From positions 62,062,001-62,126,000 of the forward strand of contig NC_042998.1 of the NCBI RefSeq assembly GCF_006345805.1: DNA of 64,000 nucleotides, read 5' to 3'. The translations under genes and the position numbers were made by a program. The notes beneath the pieces were generated by a model. The model was given only the letters and a program-made list of their open reading frames with translations. It made no database searches and was not told where the DNA came from. Origin of the DNA: Octopus sinensis. Its lineage: Eukaryota. Below are positions 1 to 12,934 of this stretch, piece by piece; within the stretch, counting starts at the first letter, position 1, and each line of letters starts with the position of its first letter.

Positions 1-159
1 AGAGCATGGACAAAGAATTAAGAAGGGTGGGTGGACAAGTTCATTAGAGTGAAGGAGATGAGTAAAAGACAGAGGTGAATTTGATAGATAATGAATTAAG
101 GTGGTGATGGTTTCTTTCATATCCATTTTTTTATCTTGCAAGTACTCGGTGACCCCATT

Positions 160-558
160 AGTACAAGTGCCACTTAAAAGCACACAGTCCACACTGTGAA
201 GTGGTTGGTGTTTGGAAGGGAATCCAGCTGTAAAAACCTTGCCAAAACTTACCTCGCCTGTGCTTGTGCCACGTAAAAAAGCACTAAGTCCACTCAGCTG
301 AGTGGTTGGTGTTAGGAAGGGCATTCAGCTGTAAAAACCTTGCCAAAAGAGACCTCACTTGTGCTTGTGCCACATAAAAAGCACTAAGTCCTATCTGCTG
401 AGTGATTGGTATTAAGAAGGGCATCCAGCTGTAAAAATCCTGCCAAAACAGTCACAGAAGTCTGGTGCAGGCTTCTGCCTGGCTGCCTCCTATCAAACTG
501 TCCCACCCATGCTAGCATGGAAGACAGGTGTTAAACGTTGATGATAATGATGATGATG
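160..558 (+). mobile_element. Diverged RTE-LINE 3' end with three ~100-bp tandem units and (TGA)n tail
   Basis: Units gtgccac.taaaaagcac...gagtggttggtgttaggaagggcatccagctgtaaaa start near 167, 266 and 366. Ends acccatgctagcatggaa...gttaaac+(tga)n, like the other RTE 3' ends in the window. Confidence 0.75.
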
Positions 559-704
559 TCAATGTTAAACATCAGTATGGTGTATAATAGCATAACCAGG
601 TTCTAAAGTTAGGGAGAGTAAGCACATTAAAAAAATGGAGCTTGACACAAACCAAACAATTCTCAAGTCACTTTTCTTATGCCATGTGACATATTTCATT
701 AGTT

Positions 705-772
<68 letters not shown>
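705..772. repeat. (CAT)n microsatellite
   Basis: Perfect trinucleotide run. Confidence 0.95.
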
Positions 773-776
<4 letters not shown>

Positions 777-825
777 TGTTTTAAATCCAGGTTTTGTCCC
801 CATTAACAGAGGTGACTGAATTTAC

Positions 826-1075
826 CTCATCATCATCATCATCATTTAGCGTCCGCTTTCCATGCTAGCATGGGTTGGACGGTTCCACTGGTGTCTGGGA
901 AGCCAGAAGGCTGCACCAGGCCCAGTCTGATCTGGCAATATTTCTATAGCTGGATGCCCTTCCTAACACCAACCACTCCATGAGTGTAGTGTGTGCTTTT
1001 ACGTGCCAGACGAGGCTGGCATCGGCCACGATCGGATGGTGTTTTTTACATGCCACCGGCACAAGGCCAGTCGGG
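826..1075 (-). mobile_element. 5'-truncated RTE-LINE 3' UTR fragment
   Basis: (cat)n ttagcgtccgctttccatgctagcatgggttggacgg... is the reverse complement of the RTE 3' end. Confidence 0.85.
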
Positions 1076-1374
1076 GCACCTCAATGCCATACAAAATGAG
1101 GTAAGCAGGTGCAGCCAACCCCAACCTTTGGGCTGGTTAGTGCCCATTCTCCTTGCTATCATGAGGCTTTTTTGAAGCTAAATTTTCTACAGGGAGCATG
1201 CCCTTGCTTACTCCCAACCTCAGTTTCTAGGTATGAATGGTCCCGAGACCAAGACCACTACCATGATTTTTAAAGAACGTGGTGAAAAACTAGCTCAGGA
1301 AGGCTGGGATGCTACATAGTTATGATATACATAATTCTATTCTACATTAATTTCATGTTTCAGTAACAATATTA

Positions 1375-1535
1375 TTTCACTTGTTTCAGTCATTTGATTG
1401 CAGCCATGCTGGAGCACAGCCTTGAAGGGTTTTAGTCAAACAAATTGACTCCAGGAGTTATTTTTTTCTCAATCCTGGTACTTATTCTATCGGTCTCTTT
1501 TACCAAACTGGAGGGACAAACAGACATAAAGATAC
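1375..1535 (-). mobile_element. tRNA-derived SINE family A, 3' part
   Basis: cttgtttcagtcatttgattgcagccatgctggagcac matches the 3' end of full copies such as 48810-49201. Confidence 0.75.
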
Positions 1536-1543
1536 ACACACAC

Positions 1544-1608
<65 letters not shown>

Positions 1609-2020
1609 AATTGAGATAGGGGTTGTAAATGCAACCGTCCATGGGATAACATATATCCAATATACTGCTAGTGAAGTAGCCAACAAAGTTAATACATAAA
1701 TGTTAATGATTGCGATGCAATCAATTCATTTACTGTATTATATGGGCAAAGGTAAAATGATTTACCACAAATTACTAATACAAGATAAGAAAATGGAGAA
1801 ATACATCTAAATCAAATATCAATTACCAGATAATACTCAATCACATACTTTATTAAACCACCACATAAAAAACTGTAGGGTTAAATATAAAAAGCAGAAC
1901 AAATCAGTGTACATAAGAGAATGTACATTAAAAAGTGTACATAAAAGAGTAATGTTGTATAATAAGTAGAATATATATAAAAGAGAATATAAATATAAGT
2001 AAATATAAATATAAGTACAG

Positions 2021-2160
2021 ATTACATCTTACAGCTGTTTCGGCCATGTAGATAAGTATGTCTCATTTTACCAATATTAGCCCTTTATGGTTGGTCAATA
2101 TATAGATATAAATGAGACATTTACAAAAATATCATAAGGCCTCTTCGGAGATTATGTAAT
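2021..2160 (-). ncRNA. Minimal type-I hammerhead-like motif with long stem-II insertion (core CCGAAGA)
   Basis: Minus strand: atct CCGAAGA ggcc [~95 nt with atgtctcattt/aaatgagacat helix] ggcc GAAA CAGCTG TA agat. Confidence 0.6.
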
Positions 2161-2950
2161 ATAACTCAGTCTACATATATACCCACATGGGTGTGGGTGC
2201 ATACCCACAATATAACATATACATATACATATGAGTGCATATACTCACACTCTTATACATATAAAAATATACATTTACATAATGATATAAATAAATAATA
2301 TAAATTAGTAAACATATATATGTGTTCCACATTCAATGTCTCAGTTTTTCGACTTAATATTGTGATAATAAACATACACAAATTAGTACCTAGATGCAAA
2401 TATACATAGTCAATAGTACATTATATTACTTCATAATAATTTCTAAAGTGTCATTAAAGTTAGCATCATTATCGTTGTCAATATCATTAATGTTATCATT
2501 ATTATCATTCATAATATTATTAATAACACTTACATTAGGATCCAGAGCGGTATATATGTATGTCCGGGTTCCAGTTAACAATTTTCCTTATGACATAAAT
2601 ACACTATTGGATTTGAATTTAAAATTATCATTATCTTCCTCACGGTTGGTCAATTGAGAACCGCCCGACCTCCACCACACCGCACAAGCAAAACATACAC
2701 ATCCACATCTAACCCCAAACCCACACATCCACACAGAAACTCACACACACATGTACACACACATGAATACACCCCGACACATCTCTACACATTCAATAAG
2801 TTACAGAGTGCATGTCTGTCATCGCATGGTTTATAGACATATCAGTACAGGCAGCAGTGTCTAACACTAACAATACATATTCATAAAATATAGGGTAGAA
2901 ATTTCACTACCAGTGGCCTAGCATGTATAAAAAGTCAATAGACAACATAT

Positions 2951-3456
2951 TTTCCATATAAAATTAGTGTACATTTAAACACCAAAGAGGTGACCTTTAA
3001 CAGGTAGCCTTACATGCCAGAAGGAGCAGTCAAAATTACCAAAACTACATTTAATAGCAATTTCGAAAGGAATGAAAAACAAAAACTTTTACCTTGTTTG
3101 TTTACACCCAATTTCGGAAGATTAATTCGGCAATTTTTTCGTTTTCTGCTGACTGAAACCATGCTTATGTGGTGAATTTGAAAATTTATAATATATAATG
3201 ATGAAACATGTGTTATTCTGTCTCTAAATTACATGTTAAAGTTTTGGTGTGCCACTGAAGAGAACTCTACCGAGAAAATTATTTTATTAGAGTTTGAAAC
3301 CTGTAAAAAAACAAGGCAAAAGTTTTTATTTTTCATTCCCTTCGAAACTGCTCTTAAATGTGGTTTTGGTCATTTTGACTGCTCTGTCTAGCATGTAAGG
3401 CTGCCTATTAAAGGTCGCTTCTTTTGTGTTTAAATGTACACTAATTTTATATGGAA
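2951..3456. repeat. Imperfect fold-back (arms ~2951-3107 and ~3302-3456) with a decayed HHR core in the spacer
   Basis: ttccatataaaattagtgtacatttaaacac... pairs with ...gtgtttaaatgtacactaattttatatggaa. Spacer has CTGAAGA gaactcta..tagagttt GAAA at 3255-3299. Confidence 0.75.
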
Positions 3457-3463
3457 TATATAT

Positions 3464-3501
<38 letters not shown>

Positions 3502-3574
3502 CTTACATACATATTATACCATCTTAGCCATGCCAGCATGGGCAATGGATGTTAAATGATGATGATGATTATTA

Positions 3575-4228
3575 CCATCATCATCATCATCGTCATCATC
3601 ATTTAACGTCCATTTTCCATGCAGAATTGGGTTGGACAGTTTGACTGGGAACTGGCAACCCAGGAGGCTACACCAGGCTCCAATCTGATTTGGCATTTTT
3701 TCTACAGCTGGATGCTCTTTCTAATGCCAACCACTCCAAGAGTGTAGTGGGTGCTTTTTACATGCCACCGGCACAGAGCCAGTCAGGCAGCACTGGCATC
3801 AGCCACACTCAAATGGTGTTCTTTTACATACCACCAGCACAGGTGCCTGTCAGGCAGTACTGATATCAGCCATGCTTGAATGGTGTTTATTACATGCCAG
3901 CACGAATGGCAGTCAGGCGGTACTGGCATCAGCCAGAACTATGATTTCACTCAGTTCAACAGGTCTTCACAAGCATGACATATCAACCAACTATTGAAGG
4001 GTGCTTTTAAACGGGCCAATTATGCAACACTGGCATCAGCTATGACTATGATCCCACCTGGCTTGCTGGGTCTTCTCAAGCACAGCATACTTCCAAATGT
4101 CTCAGCCACTTATCATTGCCTCCGTGAGGCCCAATGTTCGAAGGTTAGCTTCACTACCTCATTCCATGTCTTCCTGGGTCTACACAGGCTTCCTCCACTG
4201 TTAGGGTGCGACACTTCTTCACACAGCT
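3575..4228 (-). mobile_element. RTE-LINE 3' fragment (end of ORF plus UTR)
   Basis: Same 3' terminus as other copies. 4070-4228 matches the RTE C-terminal coding region (GR.RKTW.EVV..DLRTLGLTE). Confidence 0.8.
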
Positions 4229-4435
4229 GACCAAATCCACTCACAGGGCTTTGGTCGGCCTGAGTCTATAGTTGAAGACATGACCAAGCTGCCGCACCAT
4301 AGGACTGAACCTAGAACCAAGTGCCTGAGAAGCAAACTTCTTACTACACAGCCACTTCTGTGCCTATTATGTATGAAACTTAACAACTTCTGATATAAGT
4401 GTGACATGAAAAAGATGCAACTCCACAGGATTGTC

Positions 4436-4845
4436 CTCTTTTACGCTCTTTTACTTGTTTCAGTCATTTGACTGTGGCCATGCTAGAGCATTGCCTTTAG
4501 TCGAGCAAATCCACCCCAGGACTTATTCTTTGGTAGCCTAGTACTTATTCTATCGGTCTCTTTTGCCGAACTGCTAAGTTACAGGGATGTAAACACACCA
4601 CTATCGGTTGTCAAGCAATGTTGGGGGACAAACACAGACACAGAAGCATATACACACACACATACATATATATATATACATATATACGACAGGCTTCTTT
4701 CAGTTTCCATCAACTAAATCCACTCACAAGGCTTTGGTCGGCCCGAGGCTATAGTAGAAGACACTTGCCCAAGGTGCCACGCAGTGGGACTGAACCCGGA
4801 ACCATGTGGTTGGTAAGCAAGCTACTTACCACACAGCCACTTCTA
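4436..4845 (-). mobile_element. Full-length tRNA-derived SINE family A (CORE-like ccttgggcaagt block)
   Basis: Head gtggctgtgtggtaagtagcttgcttaccaaccacatggttccgggttcagtccc (A/B-box-like), central (TA/TG)n, tail (gtaaaaga)n. Confidence 0.85.
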
Positions 4846-5199
4846 CACTGCCAAGAGGCTATGATGTCAGGGTTTGTTCGGATGTCAGTGGCCACCAACA
4901 CATCAAAGGAGATTTCCAGACAGATGAAAAAAAAAGGAAGGTTGGTCAAATAAAGAAATGACTCCAGAAAGTTCTTCCAAGGTCATCTGATCAACAAAAA
5001 TGTGATTTGACTTTTATTGCACAAGTGAACTAAAGAGTTTTTTGAAAAAAATTGTTGAAAGGCACCAATTATGAAAATTGTCCTCGGTGGGGAGTGGTCA
5101 CACCCCTTGCTCCCTTACTAACTATGTTCACAATGGTGAGAGAGTGGAGGTAAAAGAAAATCAGTGTGACACATATAGGAAGTCATTATTTAGATTGGA

Positions 5200-5392
5200 A
5201 TTTAGCATGCTGGGCAAAACGCTTAGCAGCATTTCGTCCATCTTTACATTCTGAGTTCAAATTCTGCTGAGGTAGACTTTGCCTTTCATCCTTTCAGGGT
5301 CGATAAATTAAGTACCAATGATACACTGGGTTGATGTAATCAACTTGTCCCCTCCCCAAATTTCAGGCTTTGTGCTTAGAGTAGAAAGAATT
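5200..5392 (+). mobile_element. SINE family B with Deu/Nin-like central domain
   Basis: gagttcaaattc B-box-like motif followed by gactttgcctttcatcctttcagggtcgataaattaagtacca. Copies at 8300-9085, 19765-19955 and 20786-21005. Confidence 0.7.
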
Positions 5393-5451
5393 ATGTAGAT
5401 TGGAATGGTTTGAAGCAGACACCAGGGAACCATTGTTTTGTTTTTATTTTT

Positions 5452-5660
5452 TATGTTTTACTTGTTTCAGTCATTAGACTGCAACCATGCTGGAGCACTG
5501 CCTTGAAGGGTTTTAGTCAAACAAATCGACCCCAGGAGTTATTTGTTTTTAAAGCCCGGTACTTATTCTATGAGTCTCTTTTGCCAAACTGGTAAGTTAC
5601 AGGGATGTAAACACACCAACACCAGTTGTCAAGTGATGATGGATGGACAAACAGACAAAA
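5452..5660 (-). mobile_element. SINE family A 3' half
   Basis: Matches the 3' half of family A. Confidence 0.75.
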
Positions 5661-5756
5661 AGATATACAAAGATATACATACATACATACATATATTTAT
5701 ATACCTACATGCATGCATATATATATATATATATATATACACATGTATATACATAT

Positions 5757-6170
5757 ACAATTGCAGCATGGAAGGTGTTTGTAAGCCATTTAAGAAACAC
5801 ACAAAAGCCGTTGGAATCACTTCAACATTTAAGTTTAATTTGTCAAAATATTTTCGGCGCTAAAATCCATGACTTGTTCACTGACAAAAATCTGTGTTGC
5901 ATCACGTGCTGCTAAGCATTTTGCCCAGCATGCTAAATTCCAATCTAAAAAATGACTTCCAATATGTGATAGCACGGATTTTTGTCAGTGAACAGGTCGT
6001 GGATTTTAGTGACGAAAATATTTTGACAAATTAAACTTAAATGTTGAAGTGAATCGAACGGCTTTTGTGTGTTTCTTAAATGGCTTACAAACACCTTCCA
6101 CGCTGCAATTGTTTTCGTTCCAGCACACAATCTCAGATCAAATCACTTGCTATGCGAGTACATCTCCGTA
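5757..6170. mobile_element. Fold-back (head-to-head) PLE-like non-coding element, with an HHR-like motif in each arm
   Basis: Arms 5757-5900 and 5971-6110 are reverse complements, flanked by (TA)n. Second copy at 17950-18308. Confidence 0.8.
5981..6030 (+). ncRNA. Minimal hammerhead-like motif with G3-C8 core (GTGAACA)
   Basis: tttgtca GTGAACA g gtcgt ggatttta gtgac GAAA atat TT tgacaaa. Mirror copy at 5839-5888 (-). Confidence 0.65.
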
Positions 6171-7129
6171 ATATATACATATATATATATATATATGTAT
6201 AAACACACACACACATGTATATATATTATACTATCCAAGCCATGCAGCATGGGCAATGGATGTTAAATTATGATGATGATGATAATGATGATGACGATCA
6301 TGATTATCATCATCATCATCATCATCATTGTCATTGTCATCATTTAATGTCTGTTTTCCATGCTGGCATGGGTTTCCAATCTGACTTGGCAAGGTTTCTA
6401 CAGCTGGATACCCTTCTCAACACCATTGTAAGTAATAATTAAAATATTTCTTTTCTGCTCCTTTTTCAAGTTTCTATTATTTTCTCTGCACTGATGAGTA
6501 TTTTGCTATTTTCAAATTCTAAAATAAATTTATACCTATGTACAAAACAATCGTATGCATGAATAAACTTCTTATAACTTTTTAACATCTTATCTCCTCC
6601 ATTTTTGACAAATATGATTGGATTTGTAGGACTTCTTGGTATGAATTAATCATACACTTAATATCAGAAGTAGATATATTTATGTTTTGTATTCAAGCCT
6701 ACATATTATTTAAATATTATCTAAATAATTAAATAAGAACATTTCTTCTGGCCAAATTCCATTCCTATGTCAACTGAAAATGTTGTTATTAATTCCTGTT
6801 GTTTTTGACATTGTTAACATTTTTAGCATAAATCTTGAGGTCATCCACAAAGAAATTATGGGTTACAATAATAATAATAAGTTGCAGACCCTAATATGTA
6901 GCTGCTTTTTTTTTTTTTGTGGAAATGATAATGAGTTTAATGCCAGATATGTACAGAAATACAGGGAGACCCTCTCTTTGGAATATTTGCTTCAAAATAT
7001 TTATGGTATTAGAGATGATCATTCCACTCTCTGTTCTCAGTGTGAGGATTGTGGCTCAGGTCTTTGTGAGCCCTTCAAGGGTGGAAATTAATGGTAGCAG
7101 GAGCTTTTGCCAAATGGAGACACTTCAGC

Positions 7130-7805
7130 AGTATGTATGCATGTATGTATGTATGTATGTATGTATGTATGTATGTATGTATGTATGTATGTATGTATGT
7201 ATGTATGTATGTATGCATGCATGCATGCATGCATGTATGTATGTATGTATGAATGCATGTATGTATGCATGCATGCATGTATGTATGTATGTATGTATGT
7301 ATGTATGTATGTATGTATGTATGTATGTATGCATGAATGTATGTGTGTATGTATGTGTGCATGTATGTGTGTATGGTTGTATATATGTGTATGTATGTAT
7401 GTATGTATGTGTGTGTATATATGTATGAATGTATGTATCTGTGTATGTATGAATGTATCTATGTATGTTTGTGTATATATATATGCATGTATGTGTGTAT
7501 ATGTATGCATGTATTTATGTATGTATGTTTGTATGCATGTATGTGTGTGTATGTATGTTTGTATGAATGTATGTATGTTTTTATGTATGTATGAATGTAT
7601 TTATGTGTGTATATACGTATGTATGTATGTATGTATGTATGTATGTATGTATGTATGTATGTATGTATGTATGTATGTTTGTATGAATGTATGTATGTGT
7701 GTATGAATGTATTTATGTGTGTATGAATGTATGTATTATGTATGTATGTGTGTGTATGTATGTATGCATTTATGTATGTACGTGCATCTCCATGTATGTG
7801 TGTGT
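7130..7805. repeat. Long compound (TATG)n/(TG)n microsatellite
   Basis: About 670 bp of tatg/catg/tgtg repeats, which generate the MYVC/HTYI ORFs. Confidence 0.95.
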
Positions 7806-8299
7806 AAATGTTTGCTTGCATTTGCATTTCTCCAAAGAATGCAAGCTACAACCATTGATGATGTCACTTCTATCAAGAAGCTGTTTGCTGGTTTTTCCCC
7901 TTCAAAGGCATGTCAAATAAAAGATCCATTACTCGAAAAATATGTAAAGGTTGTTAGTGACAAGAAAGGCATCTCACTATAAAAACAGTAATATATTCCC
8001 CCTAACCCATGCTAACATGGAAAAACAGACATAAAAACAAACAAACAAAGTTGACCTTGGTGCCAAGAATAAACACCTGGTCATCAGAGAACCTTATTCA
8101 GACCAGTCACAAGATTAGAAGAAGGAGCTTCTAACTAACTGGTTCTCAAACAGAGTCCATATGAACCCCTGAGGGTCCATATAGGATTTGGGTCTCCACA
8201 GTAGGATTTTAGAGGTCTTTGAGAAAGTTTTGCTTTAGATGCACTTGCTGCAAGAAACAAGTAGGTTTCTTTCTCTAACACTTAACATAGTTCTTCATA

Positions 8300-9085
8300 A
8301 TCCTTTCTATGATAGGCACAAAGCCTGAAATTTGGGGGAGGGGGCAAGTCAATCTCATTGACCCCAGTGCACTACTGGTACTTATTTCGTCAACTCCGAA
8401 AGGATGAAAGGCAAAGTTGACCTTGGTGGAATTTGAACTCAGAATTTGGACCTCACAGAGGCAATGGCAAAAGGCTGAGACCTCAGGAGATATGCTGTGA
8501 CTGAGAAGACCTGACAAATAAGATGAGTTCACAGCTGTAACCTACATCAGTGCCGCATAACCACCCCACTCAAAAGTACCTTGGATCGTAGGGCGACATG
8601 TTGTGCTTGAAGAGACATTGAGTCAAATACATCAACATGAATATCAAATCAAACCACAATCAAATGGAAATTGTAGTTGTGATCCCTGTGCAGGTGGCAC
8701 ATAGAAAGCACCACCCGAACGTGGCCGATGGCAGCGCCGCCTTGACTGGCTTCCATGCTGGTGGCACATAAAAAGCACCATCTGATTGTGGTCGATGCCA
8801 GCTCCCTCTGGCCTCTGTGCCAGTGGCATGTAAAAAAGCACCCACTACACTCTTGGAATGGTTGGCATTAGGAAGGGCATCCAGCTATAGAATCACTGCC
8901 AGATCAGACTGGAGCCTGGTGCAGCCTCCTAGCTTCTGAGACCCCAGTTGAACCGTCCAACCCATGCCAGCATGGAAAGCGGACGTTACACAATGATGAT
9001 GATGGTGATTATGTAACAATGGATGAAATGCCACTAAGTATTTTGCCTGGCATGCTAAAGATTCTGCCAGCTCATTGCCTTCAAC
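8300..9085 (-). mobile_element. SINE family B split by an RTE insertion
   Basis: 3' part at 8300-8445 and 5' part at ~9015-9085. Confidence 0.65.
8448..9010 (+). mobile_element. RTE-LINE 3' fragment
   Basis: gacctcacagaggcaatg...(gtggcac.taaaaagcacc)x3...acccatgccagcatggaaagcggacgtta+(tga)n. Confidence 0.85.
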
Positions 9086-9551
9086 ATAGTTTTACAAAGA
9101 AGTGGGTAAAACTAGCTGAGCAATGTTGACCACAAGGCTCACATTGAAATAGCAATAAAGTTATATCTCTTTTTGATAAATATATCTTTGTATATTCAGG
9201 TCTTGTTTTTCTAGTAAACATTCTTTTTCCATTGAATTTAGTTGCTAAAAGTTATGTCCAATAAACTGGTTATATTTATCATCCACACACCTACACATGC
9301 ACACACGCACACGTCAATGTCACCAGCCCCCTTCCACACATACATACATGCTCTCACATACACACACACATGCTCTCACATACACACACACACACACACA
9401 CACATGCACCTTCGTTTTGGGATCACCACTACTTTATTATCTCCTCTTCTTCCTAGCCCTCCTGTGTGACCTTCTCTGTCCAGCATTCGCCATATAGATC
9501 ACTAGCCACTAAGCCTTTTTCTATTTTCTCTCCCCGTATATTTCTGTGTTC

Positions 9552-9587
9552 CTTTCTGTTGAAGAGCATAGGCTCGAAACGTAAAAG
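9552..9587 (+). ncRNA. Minimal HHR-like motif, A6 mutated
   Basis: cttt CTGTTGA a gagc atag gctc GAAA CG TA aaag. Confidence 0.5.
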
Positions 9588-10299
9588 ACTTTCTCGCTTC
9601 CCGAGCGTTAAACTAATACATATGATTGTTGTTTACACACCTGTCTCTGTCTTTTTTGTAAATTCTCATTATATTTACATAATACACAAAATGTTTTAAT
9701 TTTTATACAATTCCTAACATTATTTATAGAAACACAACATATTTTCAGAATACCAAATAGTAATCGAGGTGATTCATAGGTTAAAAACGGTTGAGAACTA
9801 CTGTTCTAACTTGTTACTTGAAATGCTAAAAATAGCAGCCAAATCCCCCTCAAATATCACACTCCACTATCTTCAAAAAAAATTAAAATGACACATTTAA
9901 GACTGTAGATCCTATATAAGAAAAATATGCAATGATTACAGTTAGAACACCTTTGATAATAGGTTTGCTCAACCATGATTGACTTGGGGTTAAACAACAT
10001 AAGGAAGATGGAGTATCATATGTTAGGGAAGGGAATGGTATTTGACTCCTTGTTTATAGGTCTTGGGTTCAAATCTACTGCTGGCATTTCATAGTTTCTT
10101 TTATACCTTAATTCTGCCATACCTTGGTTTACATAGCTGTCAAGAATAAGTACCAGACGACCAGGAATTATATTCACCATTATGTACTAATAGGATAAGC
10201 TGTGACTTTTTTATTTATAAAACAATGGGTGTGAAAAACTACATGCAACCTGTCTGCCAAACCTTGTTCAGGATTGGAAATTTGCAGCACACATGATAG

Positions 10300-10720
10300 C
10301 AAACACACACACACACACACAGAGTCACTCACTCACTCACACATACATACACACACACACACATAGACACACACACGCACACATGGACACACACACACAC
10401 ACACACTCATTCACACATGAACATGGACACACACTCACTCACTCACACATGGACACATACACACACACACACACTCACACATAGACACACACACACACAC
10501 ATTCACTCACTCATACATGGGCACACACACACACACACTCATTCATTCACACATAGACACACACACACTCACTCACTCACACACAGACACACACACACAT
10601 GGGCACAAACACACACTCACTCACTCACACATGGACACACACCACACACACACACTCACTCACTCACACTCACACATGGACACACACACACACACACACA
10701 CTCACACATGGACACACACA
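10300..10720. repeat. Compound (CA)n/(CACT)n microsatellite with recurring catggacac
   Basis: Direct reading. Confidence 0.9.
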
Positions 10721-12934
10721 TTGGGAAATGATTGAATATGAATGGGATGGGTTGATATCACTCATGAAGAATTGCAATAAATACATTGGCAGAAAGAAAC
10801 CAAACTTAAGCTATGGGGAAAAACAGACTGGATATAGGAGGAGATAGTGTGGAGCTGAGCAACTGAGGTGATAGACTCACAATATGAGTGATGGGAGGAG
10901 GAGAGATGAGTAATTTGGAAAGGCCAGGGTGGAAGTGACATAGGATCAGCCAGCAACTTTGCAGAGTTTGTCGTTCTCAGTCTTTTTGATATCCAGGTCA
11001 TATCCAAAATCTGGAATCTTTTAGGCGTCTACACCCGCTAAAGTAAAACACTAGCCAATTAAAGGAAAATTTATTACATTTATAGAGAGAAGACTGACTG
11101 TCAAGCGCTTTGAGAAGGATGGTTGAGAACTGCATGCGGCCATGAGAGCTATAGCTGAGAACTGCTATTGTAGTAGCAGTAGAGAAAACAAAAGAAGACA
11201 GTATATCAGTCAGAACTGAGATTGGAACATGTGAGGGCGAGTGATTTCATACCAATCAGTTGAGTTAACCCCTCTCCTACACACACACACACACACACAC
11301 ACACAAATACTTTCTTTAATATGGTCCTGTCTGAGTGTGTGTGTGTCTGTCTGTGTCTGTGTGTGCAGCAGCAACATCATCCCCTGTTGTAGGAGCTACA
11401 CCCCATTCTAAGTTTCATCTGTTTCTTTGTTGAGGACTAAAAAACTGATCACAATGAAGTAGATTCTGGCCCCGAAGAGGAAAGCCAGTCTTTAGGACAC
11501 ATCATCATTTCACCATCAAGATTTTTTACATCTGCTTATCCTTGTTGGCATGGGTTGGGTGGGTTCTTATGGTCTAAGTCAATCCATATTTGGAATTACT
11601 AATTTCCCAGATGTGATGAGGGTGGATCATTTTTCATTTGTTTCTTTTATTTGGACATTGTTTCTATGGCTAGGTACCCTTTCTAACACTAACCTGTGCA
11701 TTGGACACATTTTATCATAGTGCCAGCACTTAAGTTGTTATCATATTCTCAAAAGGCAGGGCTAAGTGGTACTTTCAATCCTACATTGTCTCCACTTACC
11801 AATCACTTGTGGGAATGAGGTGAACCGGAAGGAAAGAACAGTGATGTCAATGGCTGCGGGACCCTACAGGAAGAGGAAGAGGCAGTGAGGAAGTGAGGGA
11901 AGCAGGACCAGCATGGGCCTCTTTTGGTCTCAGGTAGTGGTAGTGGATGGAAGAGTGTAGACATGTAAGCTAGACTGGCATTAGCGGTAGTTCTAGAGGC
12001 ATGTTAAACGGGTAGGGTGCATCTCGAGGTTAACCTAACTATGGCACCAGCACTAGTGAGGTTGCTTTGTATTATGCAAGACAAAAGGTTTCCCACCACT
12101 GCTTGTTATCTACATTCAGAGCACTACAATAAGTTCATTATTATTATTATTATTACTGCATACATGAGAATAATAAAATTATCGTGAGAAGAGTCCTGAC
12201 GTCTATTTACTAAGCTGTACACAAAAATAGAATTTTCAGTTAAATGTCAGTAATCGTGTCCAGATACTAGTTTTATTTTGACAGACTAGGTAGGAGAGAA
12301 GAAGAAGACTGCAGCAGATAAACTAATGTGGTGGGGACAGGGAGAGAAAGAAACAAGAGTTGTTCTAGTTCTTTATACCCTGAGTTCAAATCCCAACATA
12401 GTCTACTTGAATGGTAGAATTAATTCATAGCTCAGTTTGACACCAATGCATGACATTATTTGTGCTTTTAATGGAGGCCACTCCATTGCAAGCATTTTTG
12501 CTCGGTCTCTACTTCAAGGATATTTTCCTCTCTCCTTCCATCCCTACCATTTTCAGTCTTAGATACCTTGTGAAGCATCATGAGCTTTGCCTTCCTTCTA
12601 GACTAAAACAAAAAAAAAATTTATCTGTGTATGATGATCCAAAAATAGTAGAGGGATGTTCAAAGTGGTCACTTAAATATGCTAGAAATAACAACTGAAT
12701 TTTCCTCAGGGCAAACCCTACTGTCTTAAACAAAGAAGAGCACATTTTTATGATAGTCTTAGGTGTGTGATTAAGAAGCTCACTTTGTAATCTCATGGCT
12801 CTATGTTCAGTTCCATTGCACAGCACAGCACCTTGGGGGAGTCTCTTCAACTTTAGCCCCAGGCTGATCAATGACTTGCAAGTGAACTTGGAAACTTGGC
12901 AAAAGTTTATTGTGTGTATAAATTTATATATATA

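Larger units (their letters stand above)
8137..9803. mobile_element. Non-autonomous hAT (Charlie-like) element with nested insertions
   Basis: Ends aactggttctcaaac / ggttgagaactactg. Perfect 8-bp TSD ttctaact at 8129-8136 and 9804-9811. Confidence 0.8.

Noticed and set aside
6491-6520. CTGATGA cores at 6491, 19698, 28208 (-) and 44026
   Set aside because: No properly placed stem II-GAAA-UH-stem I. The 19698 hit is part of a decayed SINE B.
6780-7091. Cys-containing ORF (CSQCEDCGSGLC) as a possible exon
   Set aside because: No recognisable domain and no convincing splice-site pair.
6919-7827. Long ORFs (up to 199 aa) of MYVC/HTYI type, and similar YIYI/THTH ORFs elsewhere
   Set aside because: Translations of stop-free microsatellites.
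10735-11260. Possible old Jockey/CR1-group LINE C-terminus (also 34530-34800), minus strand
   Set aside because: Resemblance too weak without a profile search.
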